Below are positions 63,157 to 64,000 of a stretch of DNA of 64,000 nt, piece after piece. Position numbers and translations under genes: made by a program. The notes under the pieces were generated by a model that searched no databases, was not told the origin of the DNA, and worked only from the letters and a program-made list of their open reading frames with translations. The first letter of the stretch is position 1, and every line of letters begins with the position of its first letter. The DNA comes from Bacteroidales bacterium (GTDB taxonomy: Bacteria > Bacteroidota > Bacteroidia > Bacteroidales > P3). The stretch lies in contig JAFVAM010000003.1 of the NCBI GenBank assembly GCA_017480525.1, positions 3,483 to 67,482 of the forward strand, in the 5' to 3' direction.

Positions 63157-64000
63157 TTAGAACAATTCTTGTTGCGTTCCTTGTTTTATCTTGCCGAGGT
63201 GCCGGTAGGCGAGCATGGTGGCTTCGCGGCCGCGAGGGGTGCGCATGAGATAGCCTTCCTGGATGAGGTAGGGTTCGTAGACCTCCTCGACGGTGCCGGA
63301 GTCCTCGCCGACAGCGGTGGCGATGGTGTTCACACCCACAGGTCCGCCCTTGAACTTGTCGATGATGGTGATGAGGATGCGGATGTCCATGTCGTCGAGG
63401 CCGTTGCGGTCCACATTGAGGGCCTGGAGGGCGTAGCGGGCGATGTCGAGGGTGATGGTGCCGTCGCCCTTCACCTGGGCGAAGTCGCGCACACGGCGCA
63501 GCAGGCGGTTGGCGATGCGGGGGGTGCCGCGCGAGCGGCGGGCTATTTCGATGGCGCTCTCGCTGGTGATTTTCACCTGCAGCAGCGAGGCCGATCGGTT
63601 GACAATCTTGGTCAGCGTATCGGCGTCGTAGTATTCCAGACGGCAGTTGATGCCGAAACGGGCGCGGAGCGGAGCGGTGAGCATGCCGCTGCGCGTGGTG
63701 GCGCCGATGAGGGTGAAAGGCTTGAGGGTGAGCTGGACGCTGCGGGCGGCAGGGCCGCTCTCGATCATGATGTCGATGCGGAAGTCCTCCATGGCGCTGT
63801 AGAGATACTCCTCGACCACAGGCGAGAGGCGGTGTATCTCGTCGATGAAAAGCACGTCGTTGGGTTGGAGCGAGGTGAGCAGCCCTGCGAGGTCGCCGGG
63901 CTTGTCGAGGACAGGTCCCGAGGTGGTTTTGATGCTAACACCCAGTTCGTTGGCGATGATGTTGGAGAGGGTGGTCTTGCCGAGGCCGGGAGGGCCGTAG
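63157..64000 (-). CDS. ruvB: Holliday junction branch migration helicase RuvB (C-terminal part; the N-terminus lies beyond the window)
   Basis: LFIDEIHRL (Walker B / sensor region), [24 protein letters not shown]. The frame stays open to the window edge (…[16 protein letters not shown]…). Confidence 0.9.
   Translation of the reverse strand, partial: YGPPGLGKTTLSNIIANELGVSIKTTSGPVLDKPGDLAGLLTSLQPNDVLFIDEIHRLSPVVEEYLYSAMEDFRIDIMIESGPAARSVQLTLKPFTLIGATTRSGMLTAPLRARFGINCRLEYYDADTLTKIVNRSASLLQVKITSESAIEIARRSRGTPRIANRLLRRVRDFAQVKGDGTITLDIARYALQALNVDRNGLDDMDIRILITIIDKFKGGPVGVNTIATAVGEDSGTVEEVYEPYLIQEGYLMRTPRGREATMLAYRHLGKIKQGTQQELF

Overview
A 64-kb chromosomal segment from a GC-rich member of the Bacteroidota, probably an anaerobic Bacteroidales. 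Supporting evidence: a porP-porK-porL-porM-porN type IX secretion (T9SS) operon, T9SS C-terminal sorting domains, a UpxY-type NusG paralog, and TAnnTTTG -7 boxes upstream of many genes. I call about 50 protein genes and two tRNA-Val genes. I see no rRNA, CRISPR array, IS element, integrase or prophage. Because of the high GC content the ORF track is full of long spurious ORFs in alternative or antisense frames. Main blocks, left to right:
- ABC exporter pair, secreted alpha/beta hydrolase, radical SAM gene (1-3.8 kb).
- tRNA-Val, ComEA-like gene, UpxY-like gene, tRNA-Val, DUF2147, nitroreductase, ComEC, Dus (3.9-9.6 kb).
- A visibly AT-rich islet of eight co-directional genes led by an ECF sigma factor; the other seven are unrecognisable (9.75-15.4 kb).
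- A HydABC-type [FeFe]-hydrogenase operon (16.1-20.8 kb).
- LysM esterase and an Upf1-like helicase.
- A DRTGG / HATPase / HydS-like putative H2-sensing module (24.5-26.6 kb).
- LdcA, a conserved hypothetical gene, KdsC, RlpA.
- porPKLMN plus a second porN paralog (30.6-37.6 kb).
- rluD, a T9SS cargo gene, a PASTA gene, miaB.
- A DUF6266-like gene and a T9SS plug-like gene, then tilS.
- An 11.8-kb gene for a 3925-aa T9SS cargo protein (46.7-58.5 kb).
- rlmB, an ABC ATPase, hutI, an orphan polytopic membrane protein, and partial ruvB.
The best candidate for an undescribed system is the ECF-led AT-rich islet. It contains a 557-aa orphan protein, an HExxH protein translationally coupled to a signal-peptide protein, and a 42-nt perfect palindrome. 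Also notable are a three-copy intergenic repeat family built from phased 11-bp CCTACC/GGTAGG units, and a terminator-like hairpin that abuts the start codon of the second porN paralog.
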